DNA from: a virus
Strand: one strand, 5' to 3'
Length of the DNA: 64,000 bases
Virus record (IMG/VR): IMGVR_UViG_3300049489_001336
Location: 125,880-189,879 of that record
Part shown: piece after piece, positions 17,261 through 25,383 of the stretch
Position numbering within the stretch: position 1 is the first letter of the stretch
Layout: every line of letters begins with the position of its first letter
The notes under the pieces: model-generated
Database searches by the model: none
The model's input: only the letters and a program-made list of their open reading frames with translations
Told to the model about the DNA's origin: nothing
Translations under genes and position numbers: made by a program

Positions 17261-17502
17261 GACATGCCTGTTATGTGTAAGCGACTTATTACTTAACAAC
17301 GCAGTTGTTAATTAATAAGGCAGCGACGTTAGCGTACCGACTTCTTTCGAAGAAATTTTAACGGACTAATAGCGTAGGCGTAAGCCGTAGTTATTAGTAC
17401 TTTAAAATTGCGTCCCCACAGGGGTCGAAAGAAGGCGACGCGCAGTATCCTATACAGCCGTGATGGCGATACGCCATCTAAAGGAATTCCTTAGCGCATG
17501 TC
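17261..17502 (-). ncRNA. retron msr/msd-like unit C6
   Basis: IR GACATGC/GCATGTC; CTG/GC junctions; hairpin GATGGCG-ATA-CGCCATC 17462-17478; several long internal hairpins. Confidence 0.7.
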
Positions 17503-17566
17503 GTAAATACTGCGTATACCGAAGTACACGCGTAGTCAAATTCTTTTACCGTAAAAGGTACATTTA

Positions 17567-18451
17567 TTAGACTGCGACAGGGAATTTGATGGCTGGATGA
17601 GGGTCGTAGCCTTCTAGGCGGAATAAAGACAGAAGCTTCTCAAGAGGAGGCTTTTCTGTAATCAACGCTTCAATGTCTTTGAGCTCTTTAATCGAAGAGT
17701 CAATGATAAGTCTAGGAAGCTCCCTAGGTTCCCTCTTCAACTGTTCTTTGATACCGTCAATTTGGTCTACATAGATATGGGCATCGACAAGGGTATGAGC
17801 AAATTCTCCGACCTTCAGGCCAGACAAGTGTGCCATGAGGTGGAGCAAGAACGAATACCCCGCAAGGTTGTAAGGCACACCAAGAGGCACGTCACAGCTG
17901 CGCTGAAGTAGCGCAAGGTTAAGACGCAACTCTCCTTGTTTGTCGTATTGGGTGTTGAGCACCCAAGTTACGTGACAGGGAGGAAGCTTGCTGGTTTGGG
18001 CATTTCCAGGTGCCCACGCAGAAATCACAATTCTGCGTGATAGGGGGTTTGTTCGCAGCTCGTTGAGCGCGAACTTGATCTGGTCGTTGTACGCAGCAAT
18101 GGAACCTGTCGTTTGTCCATCAAAGCTAGAAAGCTTTTGGTGAACAGGAAATCTTACCCAGTAGTTACCGTAACTACTCGGCACTTCACCTGCTTCATCA
18201 GCCCAGGGGTCCCAGAACTTCACACCGTAATGGCGAAGAAAGTCAATGTTTGTAGCCCCCGACAAAAACCATAGATTCTCAATCACAATATGTTCCCACT
18301 TCATCGCCTTGGTGGTCAACAAAGGGAAACCATTGTTTAAGTCATGTTTATAGAAATACCCAAAGACACCGATCGTATCGACGCCTGTGCGGTTTTCTTT
18401 ACGGGTACCATTTGTCAAAATATGCTCAGCAAGAGCCAAGTACTGTTCCAT
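17567..18451 (-). CDS. thyA: thymidylate synthase
   Basis: LPPCH catalytic motif, QRSCDVPLGVPYN, DAHIY; GGAG SD before ATG 18451. Confidence 0.97.
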   Translation of the reverse strand: MEQYLALAEHILTNGTRKENRTGVDTIGVFGYFYKHDLNNGFPLLTTKAMKWEHIVIENLWFLSGATNIDFLRHYGVKFWDPWADEAGEVPSSYGNYWVRFPVHQKLSSFDGQTTGSIAAYNDQIKFALNELRTNPLSRRIVISAWAPGNAQTSKLPPCHVTWVLNTQYDKQGELRLNLALLQRSCDVPLGVPYNLAGYSFLLHLMAHLSGLKVGEFAHTLVDAHIYVDQIDGIKEQLKREPRELPRLIIDSSIKELKDIEALITEKPPLEKLLSLFRLEGYDPHPAIKFPVAV

Positions 18452-18465
18452 TACGGTAATCTCCA

Positions 18466-18502
18466 ATAAAAAGCCCTGCGTGATACTTACCACGCAGGGC
18501 TT
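18466..18502 (-). terminator. Rho-independent terminator after the basic-repeat gene
   Basis: 12-bp perfect stem AAGCCCTGCGTG/CACGCAGGGCTT with minus-strand T tract. Confidence 0.8.
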
Positions 18503-18520
18503 AAAAGTAATTGAGTAATT

Positions 18521-19411
18521 TCAGTTCACAAGAGCTTCGGTGTAACCACGGTCCTTGGGCACGATCGTACCGTCAGCAAGGATGGTCACTTCTTCCCCAT
18601 CGTCGAACTCTTCGCTAGGGTCTTCTGTGGAAGTCACCGTGTAGCTCTGTACGGTCTGAGCAGCTTCGAGCTTGGCACGCTCTTCGGCTTCTTTCACAGC
18701 TTTCGGCTTGCGGCCACGGCGCTTAGGCTGGGCGGCAGTTTCAGCAACAGGTTGTGCGTCAGTCTTTGGCTTTCGTCCTCGCTTTGCGGGCACGGGGGCG
18801 GGAGCAACGTCGACCTTTGGCTTGCGACCCCGCTTTTTAGGTGCCTCAGCGACTACAGGAGCAGCTTGAACCTTGGGCTTGGGCCCGCGCTTTTTAGGAG
18901 CTTCTGCAACAGGAGCTGCAACCACGGGATTCTTCGGGGGACGACCGCGACGCTTCGGAGCCTCGGCGGCAACGGGGGCTGCAGCGACAGGGTTCTTCGG
19001 CGGACGACCTCGACGCTTGGGAGCTTCAGCAACAGGAGCTGCCACGGCCACGGGATTCTTCGGTGGGCGGCCCCGACGCTTGGGAGCTTCGGCAATTGGC
19101 GCAACAGGCGCCGCGGCAACCTTAGGCTTGGGCCCGCGCTTCGCAGCAATCTTCGCAACAGGTGCAGGAGCTGCTGTAGCTACTACGGGGCTCGGAAGCT
19201 GCAGATTGGCAACGTGCGCAAACTGCGTCAGCTGCTTTTTAGCGACGCGCACAGCGTCTTTGTAGCCCCGGACTTCTTCAGCCGTGAGCAGCTTATTCTC
19301 AGCAAGCGCGCGTTCCACGGAACTGATTGTGTCAGTCAGACGAGCGACCTGATTCTGAGCAAGTCGAAGTCCATATTCGAGGGTACGCAAAGCATTAGGA
19401 CGGGCAGCCAT
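18521..19411 (-). CDS. histone H1-like / AT-hook repeat DNA-binding protein
   Basis: eight K/R-G-R/P-K/P-P-K modules (three KRRGRPPKNPV) in Ala/Pro/Val linkers; acidic C-terminus; AGGAG SD before ATG 19411. Confidence 0.8.
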   Translation of the reverse strand: MAARPNALRTLEYGLRLAQNQVARLTDTISSVERALAENKLLTAEEVRGYKDAVRVAKKQLTQFAHVANLQLPSPVVATAAPAPVAKIAAKRGPKPKVAAAPVAPIAEAPKRRGRPPKNPVAVAAPVAEAPKRRGRPPKNPVAAAPVAAEAPKRRGRPPKNPVVAAPVAEAPKKRGPKPKVQAAPVVAEAPKKRGRKPKVDVAPAPVPAKRGRKPKTDAQPVAETAAQPKRRGRKPKAVKEAEERAKLEAAQTVQSYTVTSTEDPSEEFDDGEEVTILADGTIVPKDRGYTEALVN

Positions 19412-19417
19412 AAACAA

Positions 19418-19476
19418 CTCCTACCAATAACTCTTTATTGATTAACGAAATTCAAGTTAGAGTTATTGGCTAGGAG
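19418..19476 (-). promoter_or_regulatory. hairpin sequestering the SD of the basic-repeat gene
   Basis: 17-bp IR CTCCTACCAATAACTCT / AGAGTTATTGG(C)TAGGAG with one bulge, covering AGGAG. Confidence 0.6.
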
Positions 19477-19500
19477 AGTCAAGTAGCGCAGCTGTATTTT

Positions 19501-19908
19501 TTATGCGTTTGCGTCATAAAAATCTTGAGCCCCGATACAAATGCTGTCGAACTCTTCGAGCAACGCCGCCTTCTTTTCGGGAGTCATGGTTTTTGCTTCT
19601 TCTGCGTTTTGAGGTTGGCCGTAGGCGATGCGTAATTGAATGGTTGCCAATGCAATTCCGAAAACCGTTTCAATATCGCTTAGTTCGCGCAGCTTTTTCT
19701 GTTCGACGACAAAGGCGATGAGGTCTTCACAGAAGCTCCCGGCACGCGTGATGAACTCTGTCTCCCGTTGTTGCTGATACTTTTTGAGGGCTTCTGGCTT
19801 TATTTGTTGGCCCTTGGCCACTGAGACGTATTCGGCTTCGCCTCCTGCACTGAGGAACTGCCTGCTGAACGTATCGAGGCCTTTAATACTGATGTCTTGC
19901 TTAGCCAT
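19501..19908 (-). CDS. hypothetical protein
   Basis: 135 aa; GGAG SD. Confidence 0.7.
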   Translation of the reverse strand: MAKQDISIKGLDTFSRQFLSAGGEAEYVSVAKGQQIKPEALKKYQQQRETEFITRAGSFCEDLIAFVVEQKKLRELSDIETVFGIALATIQLRIAYGQPQNAEEAKTMTPEKKAALLEEFDSICIGAQDFYDANA

Positions 19909-19948
19909 GTACGGCTCCCTCTCTGAACTAGATTTAGAAACCTAAAAT

Positions 19949-19983
19949 AAAAAACCCTTCCCTGCAACGCGTGCAAGGAAGGG
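19949..19983 (-). terminator. Rho-independent terminator
   Basis: CCCTTCC.TGCA...TGCA.GGAAGGG stem with minus-strand T tract. Confidence 0.75.
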
Positions 19984-20014
19984 CTAACGCCTACGTAACC
20001 ATTGTGAACAGTTA

Positions 20015-20344
20015 TTAGTGCCCGATGATGCGGCCATTACCTGTTTTATCGGATAGCTGCTTGAGTAAGTCGGCTTTGCTGAGTCGAACACTACGAGGGG
20101 TAAACTCGCCACAGTTGGCACGAACTTCCCCTTTGCGAACAATGACAGGCTCTGCGCGTTCGCCAGGCTCTGCGCGGGTTACCCCGGAAGGGAACTTCTG
20201 ACCGGGTCCCTCTTTAGCAGGGTATTTACTTTTCTTAGCGCACCAACCCCACGCAGTTTCACGCAGGCCGCCTTTGGCAGTCTGTCCGCGCATGACGGGG
20301 TCAAAGTGCTCGCAACTGTCGCAAGGCTTATCGTTGATGGCCAT
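20015..20344 (-). CDS. Cys-containing hypothetical protein
   Basis: CDSCEHF...WC...C pattern. Confidence 0.65.
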   Translation of the reverse strand: MAINDKPCDSCEHFDPVMRGQTAKGGLRETAWGWCAKKSKYPAKEGPGQKFPSGVTRAEPGERAEPVIVRKGEVRANCGEFTPRSVRLSKADLLKQLSDKTGNGRIIGH

Positions 20345-20349
20345 AGTGG

Positions 20350-20847
20350 TTACATCTTATAAGGGCGTATCTTAAATGACTCAAGTTTTTTCTTGAGCTC
20401 TGGGTCAAAATACAGACGCATCATCGCTTGGATGAGCTGAAAGCACCCTTCGTCACGGGTACGTGCATTAGGTACGGCAAGCATCCAGCCGTCACCTCGT
20501 TGGATATAAAACTTGAGGTTGGTGCTTTTTTGAACAGGGAGCTGCGCAATCACGAGACCGAACTCTGTAAAAGTTGGTTCAATCTCTTTTCGGTGGGCTA
20601 CGCAGAACTCAAGTAAACGTACGGCCGCAGCTTGGATATGGTCCGTACCAGTTACCGTAATACCCCCGTAGCCTTTCAGTTCAATGGTTGCCGTTGCTGC
20701 GTGGGTCTCGTTGTTATCAATGTCCTCTGCGTCTACCTCTGGAGGTTCCTGAGCTTCTACTTGACGAGAAGGTGCGGGGGCTGCTGGAACCGCAGAGCGC
20801 CAAGGGTCCCGCAATAAACCAGGTGTTTTTTTACCAGAGGTAGGCAT
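20350..20847 (-). CDS. hypothetical protein
   Basis: 165 aa, operon spacing. Confidence 0.65.
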   Translation of the reverse strand: MPTSGKKTPGLLRDPWRSAVPAAPAPSRQVEAQEPPEVDAEDIDNNETHAATATIELKGYGGITVTGTDHIQAAAVRLLEFCVAHRKEIEPTFTEFGLVIAQLPVQKSTNLKFYIQRGDGWMLAVPNARTRDEGCFQLIQAMMRLYFDPELKKKLESFKIRPYKM

Positions 20848-20853
20848 GCGCTA

Positions 20854-21282
20854 TCACCCTGTGATTAGGATGTTTGAGGAGTGTTTATTTAAACCAGGGT
20901 TAGCGCAATCGCAGTGCACAAAATACACGCGTTCGTTGAGTGAAATGCCCACATCGCTAGGGTCATTAGGGTTTACGGCGCGCGGGTCAAGCACCTGAAA
21001 CACCGGTTGAACCATGTCTGTGGCTGCAATGTGTTTCTTACAGCGAACGCATTGTTGGATATCGGGGGTCATTTTCCATTCCTTGGCGGAAGGCTTCTGG
21101 CAATCGAAGTGTACCCAAACATTTCGTATTTGAGCCCCGATAATACCTAATTCAACTTGCCGCTCAAAGCTCCGTAAGTCGTGGCGCAAGTATGCAGTAA
21201 GTACGAGGTGTGTGTCTACAAAGCCCTTGTCACAGGCGGCGCAGCGGTGAGCAAGAGCTTCGATTTTTAGGCTATCGAGCAC
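20854..21282 (-). CDS. tandem zinc-finger protein
   Basis: two CxxC...HxxC units (CAAC..HFDC; CVRC..HCDC). Confidence 0.7.
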   Translation of the reverse strand: MLDSLKIEALAHRCAACDKGFVDTHLVLTAYLRHDLRSFERQVELGIIGAQIRNVWVHFDCQKPSAKEWKMTPDIQQCVRCKKHIAATDMVQPVFQVLDPRAVNPNDPSDVGISLNERVYFVHCDCANPGLNKHSSNILITG

Positions 21283-23449
21283 GGTTTTCTAACCCTTTAC
21301 ACACAGCGTCTAGACTTGAGTGATACTTATGTAGACCTAGCGTGTCAAAGACCCTTTTTCGATAGCGTTTGTTTGGATCGAGTACACGCGTGTCTAACAA
21401 GGCAATTAAGCCGCGATCTTTTTGAGTTCGAATCAGACGCCCAACCCCTTGGCGCAAATCAAAAAGCATTTCGGGAACGTCCACGGCATTAAAGCCTACC
21501 CCGAAATTGGAGTAAGTCTCTTTTCGTGCGGAATTGATGCGATCTTTGAAATTGGGAAACGGCAGTTTCGTAATAATGACTAGAAACAGCTTGTCACCCG
21601 GTACGTCGATACCTTCCCAAAAACTCTTCACTCCCAGAATAGAGGACTGCGGTGTCGCCTTGAATCGTGCGAGTACGTCGGATGCTGCCATCCCATCCTG
21701 GGTAAAGAACGGATAGGGGTAATTATGCGAATCCAAGTAACGTTGTACGTGCAGCATTTCTGCGCGCGAGGTGAACAGCACAAAGGCGTCGCCGCGATTT
21801 GCTGTAAGTAGTCTGCGAATGACTTCTGCGGACTTATCGCGGTAGTTGTCTTGAGCAAACCCGCCTTGGGTCACGGGCTCAGGGACGTCTTCTGTTTTAG
21901 GAATATACAACAACGCTTGTTTGGTGATGTCAAAAGGAGACGGAAAGACCTCTGACTGGTACGGGATGTTGGTAACGCCCACCCGTCCTGCAAAGACATC
22001 GAAATTATTTTCAAGAGCCAGCGTCGCCGAAAGATATGTGACGTCTTTCTTAGGCATGAAGCATCCGATGTTTACCGGCATGCTTTTAAGAGTCAGGTAT
22101 TGCTGACCCTTGAAGAAGGTCGTGTCGATGTCCCATGTACGATTTTTCTGAGTCCCTGCCAACGCCTCGAATGTCTGTTGGGATTCCTTGACCATGTCTA
22201 AGAAGATTTCGAGAACAGCAAGGCGCTCTTGGTCTTGGTCCAACAGGTTGAATTGGGGCGTAGCAACGCCTCCACCATTGACAGCTGCGGGGCCTGTTGC
22301 GTCGTTAACAGGTGCAGTACTTATTTGGGTGGTGGGATTAACCCCTTTTGCAGCGTAGACAGACTGCAAATATCGCTGCATGGAGTTGTACTTTTGGCCA
22401 AATACTTCAGTGATAAACTTTTCACTGGTGGCTTGGACCAAAACTGCGTCAAGCCATTTCACCGTGTCGGCAACGGACATTTCTGCATACGAAGGCAACA
22501 CTCTGTCGCCGCTTTGTAGAACTCGTTGCAGGTCTTGGAATACGAGGTCCCAAGCAGGTTGAAGTGCTTGTAGTTCTGGGAGCTCTAAAGGTACTGCAGC
22601 GTGCGCACTGAGATCATCGAATGCTTTTTGGATTTTCGTAGGTTGATCTAAACGCGTTTCGTAGGTGTACGCTTGTCGAATGCCGTCTTCGATTTTATGG
22701 GCTTCATCAACAATGAGATGCTCAAAAGGACCCAATAAGCTGATATTGAGCTCATCCCGGCATTTGTAATGCATGCCGAGGAGCCAGTTATTGGTGACAA
22801 CGATTTGCGCTTGCGCAACGTTGTTACGCGCTTTGATATACCCACATTGCTTGTAGTAGCTGCACGATGCACCGATACAGTGCTCTGCGCTCAAGCTTTG
22901 ATCTAAACGCAAATGCAGTTTATCTGCGTCATCCCAACGCCCGTAATCGCTTTGATTGAAGAACGTTTCGTAGTTGGGCCAATTCGCTTTATCGTGCTGC
23001 TTTTCGCGTTTGCAGCGGGTGTAGCAGGCGTAACGGTTTTTTCCGTAGGCTCCAAAGAAGGCAAAATCACCGGAGGGGTGTCCGAGTTTGTTTAAATGGC
23101 TTTGGATGTACGGCAGGTCTTTTTCCAGCAGCTGGGTCTGCAGCGTGACTTTGGCCGTAGAGATAACGATGCGTTTTCCGGAAATGATGGCGGGCAGAAG
23201 GTAGGCAAAGCTTTTACCAACGCCTGTGCCGGCTTCAAAAAGCGACACTTTGTTGTGGCGAATGCCTTCGGTGACTTCTTCAGCTAAAGAGATCTGCCCC
23301 TTTCGAATCTCATTAACAAATCCCAACGCAGGCTGACTCAATAAGTCAGCTGCGTCGGGGACTTGCCGTCCTGCACAGTAAATACAGTCATAACCATAGG
23401 GTTCGTCTTCGACGAACGGCATTGTACTTTTGCAAGATCGGCAATACAT
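21272..23449 (-). CDS. dinG: DinG/YoaA-like SF2 helicase with N-terminal zinc ribbon
   Basis: EAGTGVGKS, DEAH, SATL, FWEGIDVPG, QGVGRLIR; Cys cluster after motif I; N-terminal CRSC..CIYC. Confidence 0.92.
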   Translation of the reverse strand: MYCRSCKSTMPFVEDEPYGYDCIYCAGRQVPDAADLLSQPALGFVNEIRKGQISLAEEVTEGIRHNKVSLFEAGTGVGKSFAYLLPAIISGKRIVISTAKVTLQTQLLEKDLPYIQSHLNKLGHPSGDFAFFGAYGKNRYACYTRCKREKQHDKANWPNYETFFNQSDYGRWDDADKLHLRLDQSLSAEHCIGASCSYYKQCGYIKARNNVAQAQIVVTNNWLLGMHYKCRDELNISLLGPFEHLIVDEAHKIEDGIRQAYTYETRLDQPTKIQKAFDDLSAHAAVPLELPELQALQPAWDLVFQDLQRVLQSGDRVLPSYAEMSVADTVKWLDAVLVQATSEKFITEVFGQKYNSMQRYLQSVYAAKGVNPTTQISTAPVNDATGPAAVNGGGVATPQFNLLDQDQERLAVLEIFLDMVKESQQTFEALAGTQKNRTWDIDTTFFKGQQYLTLKSMPVNIGCFMPKKDVTYLSATLALENNFDVFAGRVGVTNIPYQSEVFPSPFDITKQALLYIPKTEDVPEPVTQGGFAQDNYRDKSAEVIRRLLTANRGDAFVLFTSRAEMLHVQRYLDSHNYPYPFFTQDGMAASDVLARFKATPQSSILGVKSFWEGIDVPGDKLFLVIITKLPFPNFKDRINSARKETYSNFGVGFNAVDVPEMLFDLRQGVGRLIRTQKDRGLIALLDTRVLDPNKRYRKRVFDTLGLHKYHSSLDAVCKGLENRAR

Positions 23450-23451
23450 GG

Positions 23452-24249
23452 CTAGCTTGCGTCTCCTTGAACTGGAATCCTGAAAAATTCGAATTCATGA
23501 ATGAGATATCGTGCGTAACTACCGTGAGTAGCACTGAGGTAGAGATCACTACCACCCCAGTTGTACCGTTCAACCACCATAAGCTCCCTGGCAAGCTTTG
23601 CTGCAGGGGTCCCCTTTCGTGGTCCCATTACGCCAAAAAAAGCCAAATCAGCGTTAGAACGCTCCTTTACATGAAGGCGAGTAAACGCAGCAGAGCGATA
23701 CATCTGGATGTACCCTGCCACGCGCTGAGTGAGAATACACGCCCCTACGAGATACGCGTACTCTATGTCATTGAGGAGTCGGTGTAAATCCGAGGATTCT
23801 CCTACGCCACAAGTTTTTGCGGGCCGTGAAGGAGCCCGTACTTGCATAACGCCAAAATCGGCACGTGTCACCCCTTTCGGAAGGTTAGACAACACCGTGT
23901 TATCATCAAGGCGTACGACAGATCGGAACGAGGATTCCCGAAAGGCCAACGCAGCAATAAGCGCTGGCAAATCTCTTTCGGGACTGAATTCGGTCCAGCC
24001 GCCAATCTCAACGAAATCTTCCCACTCCTCACGATACTGGTCTGCGGCTGAAACGATAGCGATAGCGTGTTCGATTGCGCGAAGTTCCCTTTCGTCAGTG
24101 TCCCCCAGTGCACCACGGGTATAAGGTGCATCTGGCAATTTATCTAGTATCCTGCTCGTCAGATGGAGTACTCTGTAATCCGGTGCCTGTGCGTGGGTTG
24201 CACTGTTAAAAAATAACGCGAACAACACCACAAGCATCGTAATGTGCAT
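23452..24249 (-). CDS. lytic transglycosylase-like (SLT) protein with signal peptide
   Basis: hydrophobic N-terminus ending ATHA; ALAFRESSF (catalytic Glu) and DFGVMQV motifs. Confidence 0.7.
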   Translation of the reverse strand: MHITMLVVLFALFFNSATHAQAPDYRVLHLTSRILDKLPDAPYTRGALGDTDERELRAIEHAIAIVSAADQYREEWEDFVEIGGWTEFSPERDLPALIAALAFRESSFRSVVRLDDNTVLSNLPKGVTRADFGVMQVRAPSRPAKTCGVGESSDLHRLLNDIEYAYLVGACILTQRVAGYIQMYRSAAFTRLHVKERSNADLAFFGVMGPRKGTPAAKLARELMVVERYNWGGSDLYLSATHGSYARYLIHEFEFFRIPVQGDAS

Positions 24250-24295
24250 AGTTTCCTCCGTTTTCTTTTACCGTAATTAAGCCAAGGAATAGGAA

Positions 24296-24931
24296 ATGAA
24301 CCGACCCGTGATCGGCGCATACCGCAAAAAGTCGCCTACCTCAGACTCGGATATTCAGACAAATATCGGAGCTGAGCCTGAGATTATTAATCGCCAACCT
24401 AAAGTTGAAACTCCCGCGACTTCCCTATCAGAAGGTATTCAGGAAGATTTGCAAGAGAGTATCGACAAGACAAAAGGGTTAGCGGACAAAGCAAAGACAT
24501 ACGAGCAGATCCTTTCAGAGCGAGGCATTACTCTGAGTAAGGCCCATGCAGTAATCGATTCGATGCTGGAAAAAGGGTATTACGAAGAAATAATACCCCT
24601 CAAACTGCCTACTCCTGCACCCATCACCGTCACTTTCAGAACACGCACTCAAGCAGACTACATTCGTTATTTGCGTGCGCTAGAACTTTATAATCCCAAA
24701 TACGTAGAAGAACAACAAGAGTTGCAACTACGTTACTTCTTGGCAGCGTCTTTAATTTCTTTCAAGGGAAAAACGTTCACAAATACAGATCCCGATAAAT
24801 TAATTGATGAAAAAATTGAGTGGCTTGAGAAAATGCCTGAGCGCATCGTCAGTCTTTTGGGCCTAAAACTGACAGAATTCGACCTACAAATTCAGGCAAT
24901 TATGACTGAAGGAGCCGTCGAAAATTTCTAG
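24296..24931 (+). CDS. putative tail assembly chaperone
   Basis: position two genes before the tape-measure-like gene; acidic helical protein. Confidence 0.5.
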   Translation: MNRPVIGAYRKKSPTSDSDIQTNIGAEPEIINRQPKVETPATSLSEGIQEDLQESIDKTKGLADKAKTYEQILSERGITLSKAHAVIDSMLEKGYYEEIIPLKLPTPAPITVTFRTRTQADYIRYLRALELYNPKYVEEQQELQLRYFLAASLISFKGKTFTNTDPDKLIDEKIEWLEKMPERIVSLLGLKLTEFDLQIQAIMTEGAVENF

Positions 24932-24948
24932 CAACCCCGAGAGGGACA

Positions 24949-25383
24949 GTGCGCGCGGAGCTGTACGTCCGTTCACTGCCCACTCGGGGGCTCCCGCCTC
25001 GGGGCTCTATCCAAGACCGAATCGCGTGTGAGATGGTGCTTCGAGAACGGCGGCGCAGCGTTGTAGAGCAAGTTTACTTAGCACGAATACTTTCATCGAG
25101 TCTTAGAATTCCAGAGAAACTCTTGCAGCTTTGGACGACGATGCTTTCTATGGAAGTTTTCCAAGAAAGCTACTCCCCAGAGGTGGTCAAAGAGAAGGAG
25201 CACGCACTAAAATTAATCCAAGAAAACGTCACGCAACGCAACGACGCGCAAGTGCGTATGTTCAAGAAGCTGCACAAGCTTACCGCGAACGAGCACGACT
25301 TACGTCCTGCGACTCCCAAGGAGATCGAGGAATTTAGACGTAAGCTGCGTAGGCGACACCTAAATGCGGCCCAGGGTAATTGA
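24949..25383 (+). CDS. hypothetical protein (tail assembly region)
   Basis: 144 aa, overlaps the tape-measure-like start. Confidence 0.55.
   Translation: MRAELYVRSLPTRGLPPRGSIQDRIACEMVLRERRRSVVEQVYLARILSSSLRIPEKLLQLWTTMLSMEVFQESYSPEVVKEKEHALKLIQENVTQRNDAQVRMFKKLHKLTANEHDLRPATPKEIEEFRRKLRRRHLNAAQGN

Noticed and set aside
14856-17504. A single large plus-strand ncRNA (GOLLD/ROOL-like)
   Set aside because: Initially suggested by GNRA and cUUCGg loops on the plus strand, but the closing stems tile into independent units with identical junctions, and wobble pairs in the conserved half work only on the minus strand. Cannot be fully excluded without data.
9297-17560. Islands as tRNA, tmRNA, group I intron or CRISPR arrays
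   Set aside because: No T-loop/CCA cloverleaf, no tmRNA ends, no matching P7 pair or interrupted gene, and no identical direct repeats with spacers; no cas genes in the window.
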